The notes: generated from the letters alone by a model not told the origin. 64,000 nt of DNA from Bacteroidales bacterium (GCA_035403225.1 DAONET010000004.1:12552-76551); one strand, 5' to 3'; shown: positions 1 to 10,467, numbered from the stretch's first letter. Translations and numbers: made by a program.

Positions 1-1074
1 CTGCTGGATCAGACAAAGAAATCAAAGGAGACTTCACTGAACAAGTTGCGGTTGCTGAACCGGCAGATCGATAGACGGGAAGCCCTGATCCAAACCATCA
101 GCGCCGAAATCGGTTCGGTGGATAACGAGATCGCAACCAGCAACCAGACCATCCTGTCGCTGAAGGAGGAACTGAATACCCTGAAACAGGAATATGCCCG
201 GATGATCTTATACGCCTATCGCACCATGCGGACAAACAACCGGCTGGTGTTCATCTTCTCGTCAAAAGATTTCAACCAGGCGTATCATCGCTTGAGGTAT
301 TACCGGCAATATGCTGAGTTCAGGAGGAAGCAGGCAGATAAGATCCGGCAAACACAGGCGGAACTGCTGTTGAAACAACAGGACCTGCATTCTATACGCG
401 ATCAGAAAGTGGAGCTGGCAGATGCGCAGGAAAAAAGCAGGCAGAAACTGACCCGCGAAAAACAGGAAAAAGATAACACGGTCAAGGAACTCACCAAGCG
501 GGAGAAAGAATTATTGGCCACGTTAAAGACCAAACAAAATGCCTTGAATAAGTTGCAGGCCGAGATCGAGAAACTGATCGCGAACGAACGGGCTTTCGCG
601 AGGAGAGCCGGATCGAAAACTTCCACCGAAATGTCATCCACCCTGGCTGAAAAGAAGCTTTCAGGGACCTTTGCCGCCAGCCGGGGATCATTGCCCTGGC
701 CATCGGAAAAGGGGGTTGTTGTCAGCACTTTTGGGGAACATCCACACCCGGTGCTGAAATATGTCAAGGTAAAAAACAACGGGATCGATATTTCGGTTAC
801 CAACGGTACGACTATCCGTTCCGTGTTCCAGGGGAAGGTGAGCCGGATCCTCTCTGTTCCCAACCTGAACAAGGTGGTAATCATCAGGCACGGGGAATAC
901 CTGACGGTTTATTCCAACATGCAGGAGGTAAACGTATCGGAAGGGCAGGAGGTAAAGACCAAACAAACGATCGGAAAGATCCATTCTGATCCGGAAGATG
1001 GGAAATCGGAACTTCATTTTGAAATATGGCTTGGGAAAACCATTCAGGATCCGCAGGAATGGTTAAGCAGATGA
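1..1074 (+). CDS. EnvC-like murein-hydrolase activator with a coiled-coil region and a degenerate LytM/M23 domain; the 5' end lies off-window
   Basis: Frame 1 is open from nt 1, and the track start at 46 is a TTG inside that open frame. A long Q/E/K/L-rich heptad region is followed by an M23/LytM-like C-terminus (NNGIDIS...HGEYLTVYSNM...ELHFEIW). The His of HxxxD is Asn and the first His of HxH is Glu, as in non-catalytic EnvC-type proteins. Confidence 0.75.
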   Translation: MLDQTKKSKETSLNKLRLLNRQIDRREALIQTISAEIGSVDNEIATSNQTILSLKEELNTLKQEYARMILYAYRTMRTNNRLVFIFSSKDFNQAYHRLRYYRQYAEFRRKQADKIRQTQAELLLKQQDLHSIRDQKVELADAQEKSRQKLTREKQEKDNTVKELTKREKELLATLKTKQNALNKLQAEIEKLIANERAFARRAGSKTSTEMSSTLAEKKLSGTFAASRGSLPWPSEKGVVVSTFGEHPHPVLKYVKVKNNGIDISVTNGTTIRSVFQGKVSRILSVPNLNKVVIIRHGEYLTVYSNMQEVNVSEGQEVKTKQTIGKIHSDPEDGKSELHFEIWLGKTIQDPQEWLSR

Positions 1075-1090
1075 TGACAAGGGGGAAATA

Positions 1091-2002
1091 ATGGAATCAC
1101 ATATCGGGGAGATTGCGGCGTTGCTGACAGCCATGTTCTGGACAGTTACTGCCCTCGCCTTTGAAGCAGCTTCAAAACGTATCGGTTCGTTGATCGTCAA
1201 CCTGTTGCGATTGGTCGCCGGGTTTGTATTTTTACTCATTTTCGCTACTTTTTACCGTGGGTTACCCTTGCCGGTGGATGCGGAGGCAAGCACCTGGTTT
1301 TGGCTGATCCTGTCGGGGTTTGTCGGATTCGTGTTCGGCGATTTCTGCCTATTCCAGTCATTCGTGGTGATCGGAGCCCGGATCTCCATGCTGATTATGG
1401 CGCTGGCTCCGCCCATCACTGCCTTTTTCAGTTGGATTTTCCTCGGTGAGACCATGACTCTCTGGAACCTGATCGGGATGATGGTGACCGTGCTGGGTAT
1501 CGCTTTTGTGGTATTAAGCAGAGATGGTGAAGAAGGAAACGGAGGCATTTTCCGAAGGCTCAAATTCAATTTCCCCGTGTGGGGATTGCTGCTTGCTTTT
1601 GGCGGCGCCGTGGGGCAGGCGGGTGGACTTGTCCTGAGCAAATACGGCATGAAAGACTACGATCCGTTTGCTTCCAGCCAAATCAGGGTGATGGCCGGGA
1701 TCGTCGGTTTCTCGCTCATTATCACTTTACGCAAACACTGGAAAGATCTTTTTCATGCAACCCGGTTGCCCAAACCGATGTTGCAACTCACCACGGGCGC
1801 TTTCTTCGGCCCGTTCCTGGGCGTTTCGTTCTCCCTCATGGCCGTTCAACATGCCAATATGGGAGTAGCGGCTACCCTGATGGCCATTACTCCGGTGCTG
1901 ATCATCGTACCTTCCATCTTCCTGAACAAGGAGAAAGTGACCATGAAAGAAATCATCGGCGCCGTCGTGGCGGTGATCGGTGTCGGAATTCTCTTTATCT
2001 GA
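1091..2002 (+). CDS. EamA/DMT-family transporter (10-TM drug/metabolite exporter type)
   Basis: The 303-aa protein is almost entirely hydrophobic and has the two-fold internal EamA-like repeat organisation. It starts 16 nt after the upstream stop, with an AGGGGGA-like purine tract before the ATG. Confidence 0.72.
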   Translation: MESHIGEIAALLTAMFWTVTALAFEAASKRIGSLIVNLLRLVAGFVFLLIFATFYRGLPLPVDAEASTWFWLILSGFVGFVFGDFCLFQSFVVIGARISMLIMALAPPITAFFSWIFLGETMTLWNLIGMMVTVLGIAFVVLSRDGEEGNGGIFRRLKFNFPVWGLLLAFGGAVGQAGGLVLSKYGMKDYDPFASSQIRVMAGIVGFSLIITLRKHWKDLFHATRLPKPMLQLTTGAFFGPFLGVSFSLMAVQHANMGVAATLMAITPVLIIVPSIFLNKEKVTMKEIIGAVVAVIGVGILFI

Positions 2003-2008
2003 GCATGA

Positions 2009-5000
2009 TCATTTACGGATCAGGATCTTCCCGGTCATCGTTCCTTCGGAACGTTCCACTTCAAGGAGGTACATGCCGGCTGCCAGCTTCGAGAAATCCA
2101 GCTTTCTGACGAACCCTTGCTGTACGCGGATTCCTTCTTCCGAAAAGATCAGCGCATGGTTGTTGGAATAGAGCCGTAACGCCACGATTTCCGGAACAGG
2201 CGTGGATATGTCTAAGGTGAAATGTCCATCGGACGGATTGGGTGTGACGGCAAAACGGAATGCAGCTCCCGGCTCTTCAATGGCGGTACAATCCTTAAAA
2301 GAGATGGCAATGGAGTCGTGGTTGGCACAGCCATATTGATTGGTCTTCGTCACCTTAAACCAAGTGGTTCCGATGCCGCCCGTCAGGGAGGTATCCGCCG
2401 TGATCGATGGAGTGGTGAACGACCCTGGTGTCCACCAGTAGGTTCCCGGTTCCAGGGTATCAAGGCTTAACATGATCGATTGCCAATGACAAACGGTATC
2501 GTTCGGGTCAACGGAAATAGATACCTGGGGTATATTTCCGATGGTCAGAATCATGCTGTTGCTTGTTTCGGTGTAAAGAGCATAACCACGTAGGGTCAGT
2601 TTTACCGAACCGGCGATGATATCATTAGTTCCGGGAGTGTATACCGGATTCAGGAGCGTGTCTTGATCAAAGTTTCCATCGCCGGAAGTGGTCCAGATCA
2701 GTGAATCAGCCAGGCTTTCCTGTCCAGCAAGCTGGTATGTTGAGCCGGCGCAGATCGTATCATCGGGACCTGCATTCATTTCCGGGAAAACAGGTGGCGG
2801 GAAGGTGATGTAATCGATCCGGGCACGGTCATCCCCTACATTCATGTACACATCCTTGACGTAACTCCATTTAAAAGTATGGGTGCCGGCAACAACGGGA
2901 AAGGCGACTCTTCCCCAGGGTATTTCGCCCGACCATTGACCTGCTTTGACCCCGTCAATGAAAAAGTACAGAAAGTCCCATTCAGGTTCCGATGATACCT
3001 GACGGTAAAAACTGATGCTGTCGTCGATGGCTGACGAATAAGTAATCTTCAGTTCTGACGACTGATTCTCATATATCCACCCCGATTCTGCTGACCACAC
3101 ACCTTCATATACCGTATCGTCGGTCAGGATCCAGTTTTTATAGCCTCCGAATTGCCAGGGGAATTTGGTGAACGTATGGGTTTCCCAGTCTTCAACAAGA
3201 GCCCCGACAGTCCCGATGTACTGATAGGATGTATGATACAGCCCGGAGCGTGACTCTGCAAGGAGACTGATCCCGGAAGAGGGGGGCACCTCTTCCCCCA
3301 CCATGACACTGTACGTAGCTGTCTTTGATTCACCGGCAGGGATGATATCGTAATACGCACTGTCGTTGATTACCGAGACCGTTTCCTGAAGGGAGGAAAG
3401 ATGGCCGCAGGTATGGAGGCAATCAAAGTCTCCCGTGTTGGAAGTCGTCACGATAATATCTGCCGTTTCCCCGGGATCCAGGCGATGGTTGCCATTGCCG
3501 GTGAGGAGATCGTCAATAACAAAGCCGGTAATGACCAGTTGAGGGGCATGCGATTCGAGCATGAAATGACTGATCCACGTGGTGTCCTCATCGCTTGTCT
3601 TTACATTGATTTTTACCTGAAGGTTATCGGGGATGGTATCCGATACTTTCAGGGAGTATCCCTGCGGGATGGTCTTGATCTCGCCGGGAGCCATGGTGCC
3701 GTAATTTTCGATGCTATCGGTGATCAGGATATAAGGTGAGTCAGTATTGATAGATATCGAAAGAGAGGTGCCGGGCTGATCGCCGATATTCTTCATGCCG
3801 AGGTTCAGGTACAGGGAATCTCCGTAGTTCATGTTCTGCCGTCCTTTCCCCGTGATCAGCGACAATTCGTTGGAATAGTAGGTGACAAAGGGTTGGTTGG
3901 GTGGAGGACCGATGTAAATCGGGCTTACATAGGCCATGGCCCGGCCTGATCTGTTATCAGTCCATACCGGGTATACTTTCATATTATTGGACTGGATACC
4001 GAGATAATCTCCAAAATAACCCGTTGCCAGCCCGGTGATCGGCCCGGGGGTGAAGGCGACGTCACTGACTTTCATCTCCGTCCATGTATCGCCGGCATCA
4101 TACGAAAAAGCTACCCATGCTTCCGCTTGCTCGGAGGAGGTATTGCGATCATCATAAAACAGCACCGCCAGGTTCCCTGTAACGGGATCACAGGTGATCC
4201 AGGGGAAGAAGTGATTCTTGCCGAGTCCGGAAGGATCCTGGTTGATGCGGATGGGAGAGGACCAGGTGGCCCCGCCATCCATAGAACGGATCAGATATGC
4301 ATCGATATCCGTTCCTGAATTGATTCCCGGGACACCGATGTTGGCCCAGGTCACATAAATGGTTCCGCGGTAAGGGCCGTTACTGATATCTACGGCTGCA
4401 ACGGGAAAAGAATTAACCCGCATGTTCTTATTGGTCTCTGAATTACGGATTCCTTTGATATTGCTGATGACCCTGACAGCAGGAGCGAAGATGCCTCCGC
4501 CGTCAATCGATTTAGCCATGCCAATGGCGGTCTCATCACTGGGCCAGCTGTCGTAAATCGCCCAGAACGCATACACTTCTCCGTTTGGGCCGGTTTGGAT
4601 ATTTACTCCCTGATTGTGGCTGCCGGCATGCACTTCAGAGCTGATCACCAGGGGAGAGGTCCAGGTCAGACCGTGATCTGAACTTCTGACAATCTCTATT
4701 TCCCCGTCATTGGAAGCGCCTGAGATAAAACTTGTCCAGGCATTGTACAGAAAACCTTCGTACGGACTGGTAAGGGAATTGTCAATCCACAGGTGGTTCT
4801 TGTCAAGAATGTCTGATCCTCCCGGCGCAGGCCCCGAGACAACGTCGGTCCAGGTCTGCCCCTGATTTGTAGAATAAGCTACATTCTGGCCCCAGTTGTT
4901 ACTGATCTTTCCGACATACCACCAACCATTGCGGCCGATAGCGGTCGTAGGGTCGCCCGAGTTACTCTGACCGGCTCCGGTGACCGATCCCCCCCAGGAA

Positions 5001-5431
5001 GCAGCAGCATCCGAAGAATAGAGATAATCAGATCCATACAACTGCATGATCGTTGCACCTGTCCAGTCGGTCGAATTATTGGAATTCAACACGACATTCT
5101 CATTTTCGGGATTAACAAAGATTGATGTTTCCGACTGGGTGGTCTCTGATTCCTCCGTTACAGGTACATCCGGAGAGTCCTGCACAAAAACTCCGTTGGC
5201 CCGGATTACAGAACCCGTCGGGATGGCATCCGGAACTACCAGGTAAGGATTCCCTTCCACATATCCCAGCGAGATCATGTGTTTCCAGTACGACAGGTTA
5301 TCCCGGCGGGTATCCACGATCTTTTTCCCTTCCGGGCTCACTTTGGGGAACCACCTTGGATTTTGCGCATTGCCTGCTTCACAGCAGAAAAAGATCATCA
5401 GAAACAGGAAGTATTTGGAGAGATGCTTCAT
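2009..5431 (-). CDS. T9SS-secreted Asp-box (BNR/sialidase-like) propeller protein with CARDB-like, jelly-roll/MAM-like and Ig-like modules and a C-terminal sorting domain
   Basis: A signal peptide is present (MKHLSKYFLFLMIFFCCEAGNA|QN). Asp-box motifs SxDxGxTW recur: STNQGQTWT, SSDHGLTWT, SMDGGATWS, SYDAGDTWT. The C-terminus matches the type-A T9SS CTD (VTPNPSDGHFTLDIS...GMYLLEVER...GKILIRK). Confidence 0.78.
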   Translation of the reverse strand: MKHLSKYFLFLMIFFCCEAGNAQNPRWFPKVSPEGKKIVDTRRDNLSYWKHMISLGYVEGNPYLVVPDAIPTGSVIRANGVFVQDSPDVPVTEESETTQSETSIFVNPENENVVLNSNNSTDWTGATIMQLYGSDYLYSSDAAASWGGSVTGAGQSNSGDPTTAIGRNGWWYVGKISNNWGQNVAYSTNQGQTWTDVVSGPAPGGSDILDKNHLWIDNSLTSPYEGFLYNAWTSFISGASNDGEIEIVRSSDHGLTWTSPLVISSEVHAGSHNQGVNIQTGPNGEVYAFWAIYDSWPSDETAIGMAKSIDGGGIFAPAVRVISNIKGIRNSETNKNMRVNSFPVAAVDISNGPYRGTIYVTWANIGVPGINSGTDIDAYLIRSMDGGATWSSPIRINQDPSGLGKNHFFPWITCDPVTGNLAVLFYDDRNTSSEQAEAWVAFSYDAGDTWTEMKVSDVAFTPGPITGLATGYFGDYLGIQSNNMKVYPVWTDNRSGRAMAYVSPIYIGPPPNQPFVTYYSNELSLITGKGRQNMNYGDSLYLNLGMKNIGDQPGTSLSISINTDSPYILITDSIENYGTMAPGEIKTIPQGYSLKVSDTIPDNLQVKINVKTSDEDTTWISHFMLESHAPQLVITGFVIDDLLTGNGNHRLDPGETADIIVTTSNTGDFDCLHTCGHLSSLQETVSVINDSAYYDIIPAGESKTATYSVMVGEEVPPSSGISLLAESRSGLYHTSYQYIGTVGALVEDWETHTFTKFPWQFGGYKNWILTDDTVYEGVWSAESGWIYENQSSELKITYSSAIDDSISFYRQVSSEPEWDFLYFFIDGVKAGQWSGEIPWGRVAFPVVAGTHTFKWSYVKDVYMNVGDDRARIDYITFPPPVFPEMNAGPDDTICAGSTYQLAGQESLADSLIWTTSGDGNFDQDTLLNPVYTPGTNDIIAGSVKLTLRGYALYTETSNSMILTIGNIPQVSISVDPNDTVCHWQSIMLSLDTLEPGTYWWTPGSFTTPSITADTSLTGGIGTTWFKVTKTNQYGCANHDSIAISFKDCTAIEEPGAAFRFAVTPNPSDGHFTLDISTPVPEIVALRLYSNNHALIFSEEGIRVQQGFVRKLDFSKLAAGMYLLEVERSEGTMTGKILIRK

Positions 5432-5449
5432 GGGAAGGGTTCTTTATAA

Positions 5450-5457
5450 CAAAGTTA
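5450..5457 (-). promoter_or_regulatory. Bacteroidota-type -7 promoter box (TAACTTTG on the minus strand)
   Basis: The plus strand reads caaagtta, which is TAnnTTTG on the minus strand. It lies 19 nt upstream of the ATG at 5431. Confidence 0.45.
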
Positions 5458-5473
5458 CAAAAGAAATGATGTC

Positions 5474-5511
5474 AAAAGAAAAGAGGGCGTCCGAATCATC
5501 CGGACACCCTC
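5474..5511 (-). terminator. Rho-independent terminator after the 5549-9160 gene
   Basis: The hairpin gagggCgtccg-aatcat-cggacAccctc has an 11-bp stem with 1 mismatch. On the minus strand it is followed by a TTTTCTTTT run, 38 nt downstream of the stop at 5549. Confidence 0.55.
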
Positions 5512-5548
5512 ACCCCAAAATAAAAAGCTATTAAAGTTAAAACATGTC

Positions 5549-6832
5549 TTACCTCTGTATGACAACCTTATGTACCGATTGGTTGCTTCTGGTTTTAATA
5601 ATCAGATAATATAATCCTTCAGGTAAGTTGGAAAAGTTCATATTCTGCCCGTATTTTCCTGAAATGGCAATATTTTTCAGAGAGAAGACTTCACTTCCAA
5701 GGAGATTGAGAAGAGATATATTTACCAGGTCTGTTCCTGACGGGGAAGAAATTTCGATCCGGAATTTTCCGGGATTGGGATTTGGAGAGACATGAACATA
5801 ACAGGCTGATGGCTCATCTACTCCTTCAGGAATGAAACTCAACACGATGGTATCGCTCATGGAACAATCATTAAGCGTTACGTCAGTCCAGTATGTATCG
5901 CTGACATTGCCTAGAAAACCAACCGTAATGGTTTGGGTAGTGGCCCCGTTTGACCACAGGTAAGTGGCGCCGGGATTTCCTGCGTCAAGCGTAACCGTTC
6001 CCGATTGAGGAAGGATCAGATCGTCTCCGAGGTCAACGACAGGGTTCGTATTGATGGTCGTCTGGGCCGGCGTTGAATAAGAGCTTTCGCTGCAGTCGTT
6101 CACCGTTTTGACAGAGATCTCGGCCAATCCGGTGAAAGAAGGACTCCAGGTCACAGTACCGGTGGTATCAGCTCCGGCAATAGTTCCTGCTCCGGCTGGC
6201 TGAATTCGCCAGGAATAATAGTTGGTGTTGGCAGTCGGGGGAATGGTATAGGCTGAAGAAATCACTCCCTGACAGAGTTGGGTGGGACCCGCAGGGGTTC
6301 CGGGGGCTCCGGGGAAAGGCCGGAGATGAATGGTCAGACCGGGAGAAAAGGAGCTGACTCCGCACAACCCGCTCGCCTGTACCGAAAGGGTAGCGTATCC
6401 GGTGTAGGTATCACTCCAGTTAATCATAACGGAGTTATCCGATGGGGTCATGACACCGGCAGAATCGGGAACAAGGTTCCAGGTATAGCTCGATGCACCG
6501 CTGACAGCAACGGTGGTGTATGTTTTGTTAGAACTGTTCATGCACAGCAACGTGTCGCCTGAGGGTTGTTCCGGAGATGCGGGAACCGGGTTGACCGTGA
6601 TATAGTTGTTTTTAGTTACGGAGACGTTGGTCAGATTATAAGAAGTAGTCAGGGAAACGTTGTAGGTGCCGGGAGTGTTATAGACAATATTTTGAGGATG
6701 CTGAACGGATGACGAGGATGGGGTGCCACCGGGGAAAGTCCATGCCCAGGCAGTGGGCGCCCCTGTTGAAAGATCGGTGAAATCGACGTTCTGCCCGGCG
6801 CAGATGGTGGTGGAATCAGCGGTGAAATCTGC
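5549..6832 (-). repeat. C-terminal cassette copy A: PKD, two 'LCxG...YxW...TVTW...C' Ig-like modules, an 'LDAGNPGA.YLWSN' module and the CTD
   Basis: It is collinear at the protein level with 9175-10467. Hand alignment gives 43/63 identities in the PKD stretch and 45/68 in the pre-CTD stretch. The N-terminal parts of the two host proteins are unrelated. Confidence 0.75.
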
Positions 6833-9160
6833 GGAATATGGAGTGTAAAGATCCGATGACCATAACCCGCGGCCATAGGTGGCAGCCCTGATCACATCCT
6901 GGCTGGTGGAATCATTGTCGTAGTAAATTTCCAATTCCGAAATGATCGCATTGAGCGGGAGACCGGTATTATAAAGGATCCATCCGCCGGTGGTCTGATC
7001 CTGGTAATATACGCCTGCGTCGCTTCCAACGTAGAGCGCTTCAGGGTTTCCGTTTTTATAATACACGATCGCGTTTTTGGATACGGCAGGGAGAGTCCCG
7101 GTGATATTTGTCCAAGTCTGTCCTTTGTTAATGGATTTGTACACGCCATTTCCCATAACGATGTAAACGATATTCTGATCAGTCGGATGGGCTGCAATAT
7201 CAGCCGGTTTTCCTGATGTGGGGAGAAGAGAGGTGAGATCGGTCCAGGTGACAGTGCTCCCCAGGGCATTGTCGGTACGGAAGAATTTATTGTCGTACCT
7301 GGAAGCATACAGGATCTGCGTGTTGGCCGGTGATTGTTCCAGGTCGAGCAGATTCTGGCTGTTGCTGTTCCCGAGGTTGTCCGAGATCTTGGTCCAGGTG
7401 GGACTTGATGCTTTGACATCCAAACATCGCCAGATGTTATTATACCCGGCAAACATCACTTTGGGATCAGATTTACTTAGGATGAACGGAGTTACCCACG
7501 CCCCGCTTTCGGTAATGCCTCCCACTCCGCTGCCGCCGATCTGGGTCTCACTGCCGTTATTGATCGTACGGAAGATATCGCCGTAATAGAGGGTATGGTA
7601 CATGTAAGAGGAGTTCTGGAAATCGATGGCGCATTCCATCCCATCGCCTCCGCCGGTGGCTTCCCATCCGGTGGGATAAAGGGTGTAAGTGCCATTATCC
7701 TGATGCCCGTTGATGACTTGTTGTTTTACCGTCTGACTTTGCCCCAGCTTGTAAATCTGCCCGATGGTCAATCCGACGGTGATGTCATTCCAGGCAGTCC
7801 CTCCGTTAGAGGTCCAGTAAATACCGCCATCGTTACAGGAGTAAAGTTTCCCGCTCAGGGGAGAATAGGTAAGGTAATGGATATCAGCATGGACGGCTGG
7901 GACACTGCATCCGCCGTACCAATGTGCATTGATGGCCCAGGTGGCGCCACCGTTTGATGATTTAAAAATATTAATCCCGCCTACATAAACAACCTCTGCA
8001 TTGGTGGGATCGACAGCGATAGAAAGGTCATACCATCCTTGTCCGCCACTTCCTGTCCCGGTGCATGACCAGTCAAGGATGTTAGGAGAAGTGGAACGGG
8101 CGGTGAAATTCAGCCCAGCATCCGTGGAACGGTATAATCCTTGATAACCGCTGCTGCTGTTAGACTGAAGAAAGTAAACGTAGTTTGGATTGGCAGGGGT
8201 TACGGCAATCGTACCACGCTGCCCTGAAGTCAACCCCGACGTGATCTGGGTAAAGGTAGTTCCATTGTCGGATGATCTCCAGAAATTAGCGTTATAAGCG
8301 GCATAAACGATGGTGTGATCGCCCGGTTTGAAACAGATATCCTTGAAGTTGCCCGATTTGGACAGGCTCCAGGAAGACCCTCCGTCGACAGAGCGGTAAA
8401 CTCCGCCACTGGTGGCAGCCAGGTAAATCTGGGCATTGGTCGGATCCTGGATGATCTTTCCCACCGTTTGATTACCCATTCCCGTGTTGGACGCCGTCCA
8501 GGTCGAACCGCCATTCAGGCTCTTGAATACACCAAGGCCGGGGGCATCCCCTGCATCCCGGTCACCGGTCCCGATCAGAATCTTCGATGCGTTGGAAAAA
8601 TCAACCACGATGGCGGAGACTCCGAGAGTGGCCAGCGAATCGGTAGTAGTGGTCCAGGTTACTCCATGATCATTGCTTCTCCAGAATCCCCCGGAAGGGG
8701 CTCCGATATATAACTTATTCTGATCAGTCGGATGAAAGGCCACGACATTGATCCTGCCGATCCCTTCATAACCGGCTGGTCCGGGGTAAGGAATCACGGA
8801 GGGCCCGAGAGAAACCCAGTTGCCATTGTTAGAACGGTTCCCTTTATAGTTTTTCAGGGCCTTCGACACCGCGTCGGGCGCCGGACGGGACCCGTCCGGC
8901 GCAACGCGAAACTGTGTCCAATATTCCCATCTTTTAAAAACCTTCCAGCCGCAGCCTTTGGTGATGGGACGGTTTTGCCAGTATAGGTTAAAGGCCCGTT
9001 GAGTCTGGTAAAAATTAGCAGCAGGATCCTGCATCATCCTGATCCAATAGGGATAACTGGCCGTATCCCCGGTGGAAACGGTTGATTGATCAGATTGCTG
9101 CGATATCCCTGCTTGTAAAACAAACAGGATTAATCCCAGGGTCAATAAGGTCTTTCTCAT
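5549..9160 (-). CDS. T9SS-secreted double Asp-box propeller protein (sortilin/Vps10- or GH74-like) with a PKD domain, Ig-like modules and a CTD
   Basis: The signal peptide ends ...LQAGIS|QQ. At least eight Asp-box-like motifs are present (SNDHGVTWT, SLNGGSTWT, SVDGGSSWS, SSDNGTTFT, STDAGLNFT, SSNGGATWA, TSNGGTAWN, SINKGQTWT). A PKD-type module follows (ICAGQNVDFTDLSTG...WAWTFPGGTP...NIVYNTPGTYNVSLT). The CTD reads VSPNPNPGKFRIEIS...GLYYLIIK...HKVVIQR. Confidence 0.78.
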   Translation of the reverse strand: MRKTLLTLGLILFVLQAGISQQSDQSTVSTGDTASYPYWIRMMQDPAANFYQTQRAFNLYWQNRPITKGCGWKVFKRWEYWTQFRVAPDGSRPAPDAVSKALKNYKGNRSNNGNWVSLGPSVIPYPGPAGYEGIGRINVVAFHPTDQNKLYIGAPSGGFWRSNDHGVTWTTTTDSLATLGVSAIVVDFSNASKILIGTGDRDAGDAPGLGVFKSLNGGSTWTASNTGMGNQTVGKIIQDPTNAQIYLAATSGGVYRSVDGGSSWSLSKSGNFKDICFKPGDHTIVYAAYNANFWRSSDNGTTFTQITSGLTSGQRGTIAVTPANPNYVYFLQSNSSSGYQGLYRSTDAGLNFTARSTSPNILDWSCTGTGSGGQGWYDLSIAVDPTNAEVVYVGGINIFKSSNGGATWAINAHWYGGCSVPAVHADIHYLTYSPLSGKLYSCNDGGIYWTSNGGTAWNDITVGLTIGQIYKLGQSQTVKQQVINGHQDNGTYTLYPTGWEATGGGDGMECAIDFQNSSYMYHTLYYGDIFRTINNGSETQIGGSGVGGITESGAWVTPFILSKSDPKVMFAGYNNIWRCLDVKASSPTWTKISDNLGNSNSQNLLDLEQSPANTQILYASRYDNKFFRTDNALGSTVTWTDLTSLLPTSGKPADIAAHPTDQNIVYIVMGNGVYKSINKGQTWTNITGTLPAVSKNAIVYYKNGNPEALYVGSDAGVYYQDQTTGGWILYNTGLPLNAIISELEIYYDNDSTSQDVIRAATYGRGLWSSDLYTPYSADFTADSTTICAGQNVDFTDLSTGAPTAWAWTFPGGTPSSSSVQHPQNIVYNTPGTYNVSLTTSYNLTNVSVTKNNYITVNPVPASPEQPSGDTLLCMNSSNKTYTTVAVSGASSYTWNLVPDSAGVMTPSDNSVMINWSDTYTGYATLSVQASGLCGVSSFSPGLTIHLRPFPGAPGTPAGPTQLCQGVISSAYTIPPTANTNYYSWRIQPAGAGTIAGADTTGTVTWSPSFTGLAEISVKTVNDCSESSYSTPAQTTINTNPVVDLGDDLILPQSGTVTLDAGNPGATYLWSNGATTQTITVGFLGNVSDTYWTDVTLNDCSMSDTIVLSFIPEGVDEPSACYVHVSPNPNPGKFRIEISSPSGTDLVNISLLNLLGSEVFSLKNIAISGKYGQNMNFSNLPEGLYYLIIKTRSNQSVHKVVIQR

Positions 9161-9174
9161 ATACAGATGATCTT

Positions 9175-10467
9175 TTATTTCTGAATAACCAATTTTCTGG
9201 TGACTTTGTCTGTCGGAGTGCTGATCAGGAGGTAATAAACTCCATCACGCAATACCGAAAGGTCAATGACAGCGCTGTACTTACCCTGCAACGAGATGTC
9301 CGGTAACTGGTAAACAAATTCGCCAAGTACATTCATAATGCGGAGATCAAAGCGGTGATCAACAGAAGAGGCCACATCGAGTTTGAACTTGCCATTACTG
9401 GGGTTCGGAGTGACAATCACATTGAGTTTACCGTTGTATTCGGGAATGCCCGTCGGATCATAGTAGTTCACGGTAATGGTATCGCTGCCAACACAGCCAT
9501 TGGAGGTGACATCAACAAAATAGGTGTCGGCTTCATTTCCCTGATATCCGACTGTAATGGTCTGGGTTGTTGCGCTATTCGACCACAGATAGGATGCTCC
9601 GGGATTACCGGCATCCAATGTGGTGGTCTGCAATTGGGGGATCGTGAGATCCTCACCGAGTTCTACCACCGGGTATTCGTTCACGGTGATCTCCAGCGGT
9701 TCGGAGTACAGACTTTCACTGCAATTGTTGCCTGCTTTCACTTTCAAAGTGGCCGTTTCCATGAAGGATGCATCCCAGGTCACCGTACAAGCCGTGTCGA
9801 GCCAGGTTATTGTTCCGGCGGTTGATGGTTGAAGCGACCAGGTATAATTGAGGGCATTTTCAACAGGACTCGTGGAATAATCCGAGGTGGTCTGCATGCC
9901 GAAGCACAGAGATGCCGGACCTGAAGGCTGATTCGGAACTACGGGGAAGGGCTGGATGTGGATCGTCAGTTCGGGAGAATACCCACTGATTCCACAACCA
10001 TTGGCAGCCTGAACCTTCAGATATGCGTATCCAACGTACGTATCACTCCAGTTAACCACACAGGTGTTGGAGTCGGAAGGAGTAACCACACCTGCCGTAT
10101 CGGGTGTCAATACCCAGTTGTAGGTTACAGCCTGGGGAACGGGTACTACCGTGTACAAGGTGTTTGTGCTGTTCATGCATAATTCAGCATTTCCTTCCGG
10201 AGCCGATGGAGTAGAGGTAGGACCACTGACGGTAATATAAGCGGTCTTGGTAATGGTATTGGGGCAAACGGAATTGGTAGCTGTCAGGGTGACACTGTAA
10301 CTGCCGGCATTGGTGTAAACGATATTCTGTGGATGCTGATCCGTTGAAGAAGCAGGGGTTCCACCGGGGAATGACCAAAGCCAGCTCGTCGGGTTGCCTG
10401 TGGTTAAATCAGTGAAGTCTACATTATTTCCGTTGCAAATAGCCGTTGAATCAGCTATGAAATCGGG
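9175..10467 (-). repeat. C-terminal cassette copy B, homologous to 5549-6832
   Basis: It has the same module order and length as copy A and about two thirds amino-acid identity in the two hand-aligned stretches. It is attached here to a C25 peptidase rather than a BNR propeller. Confidence 0.75.
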
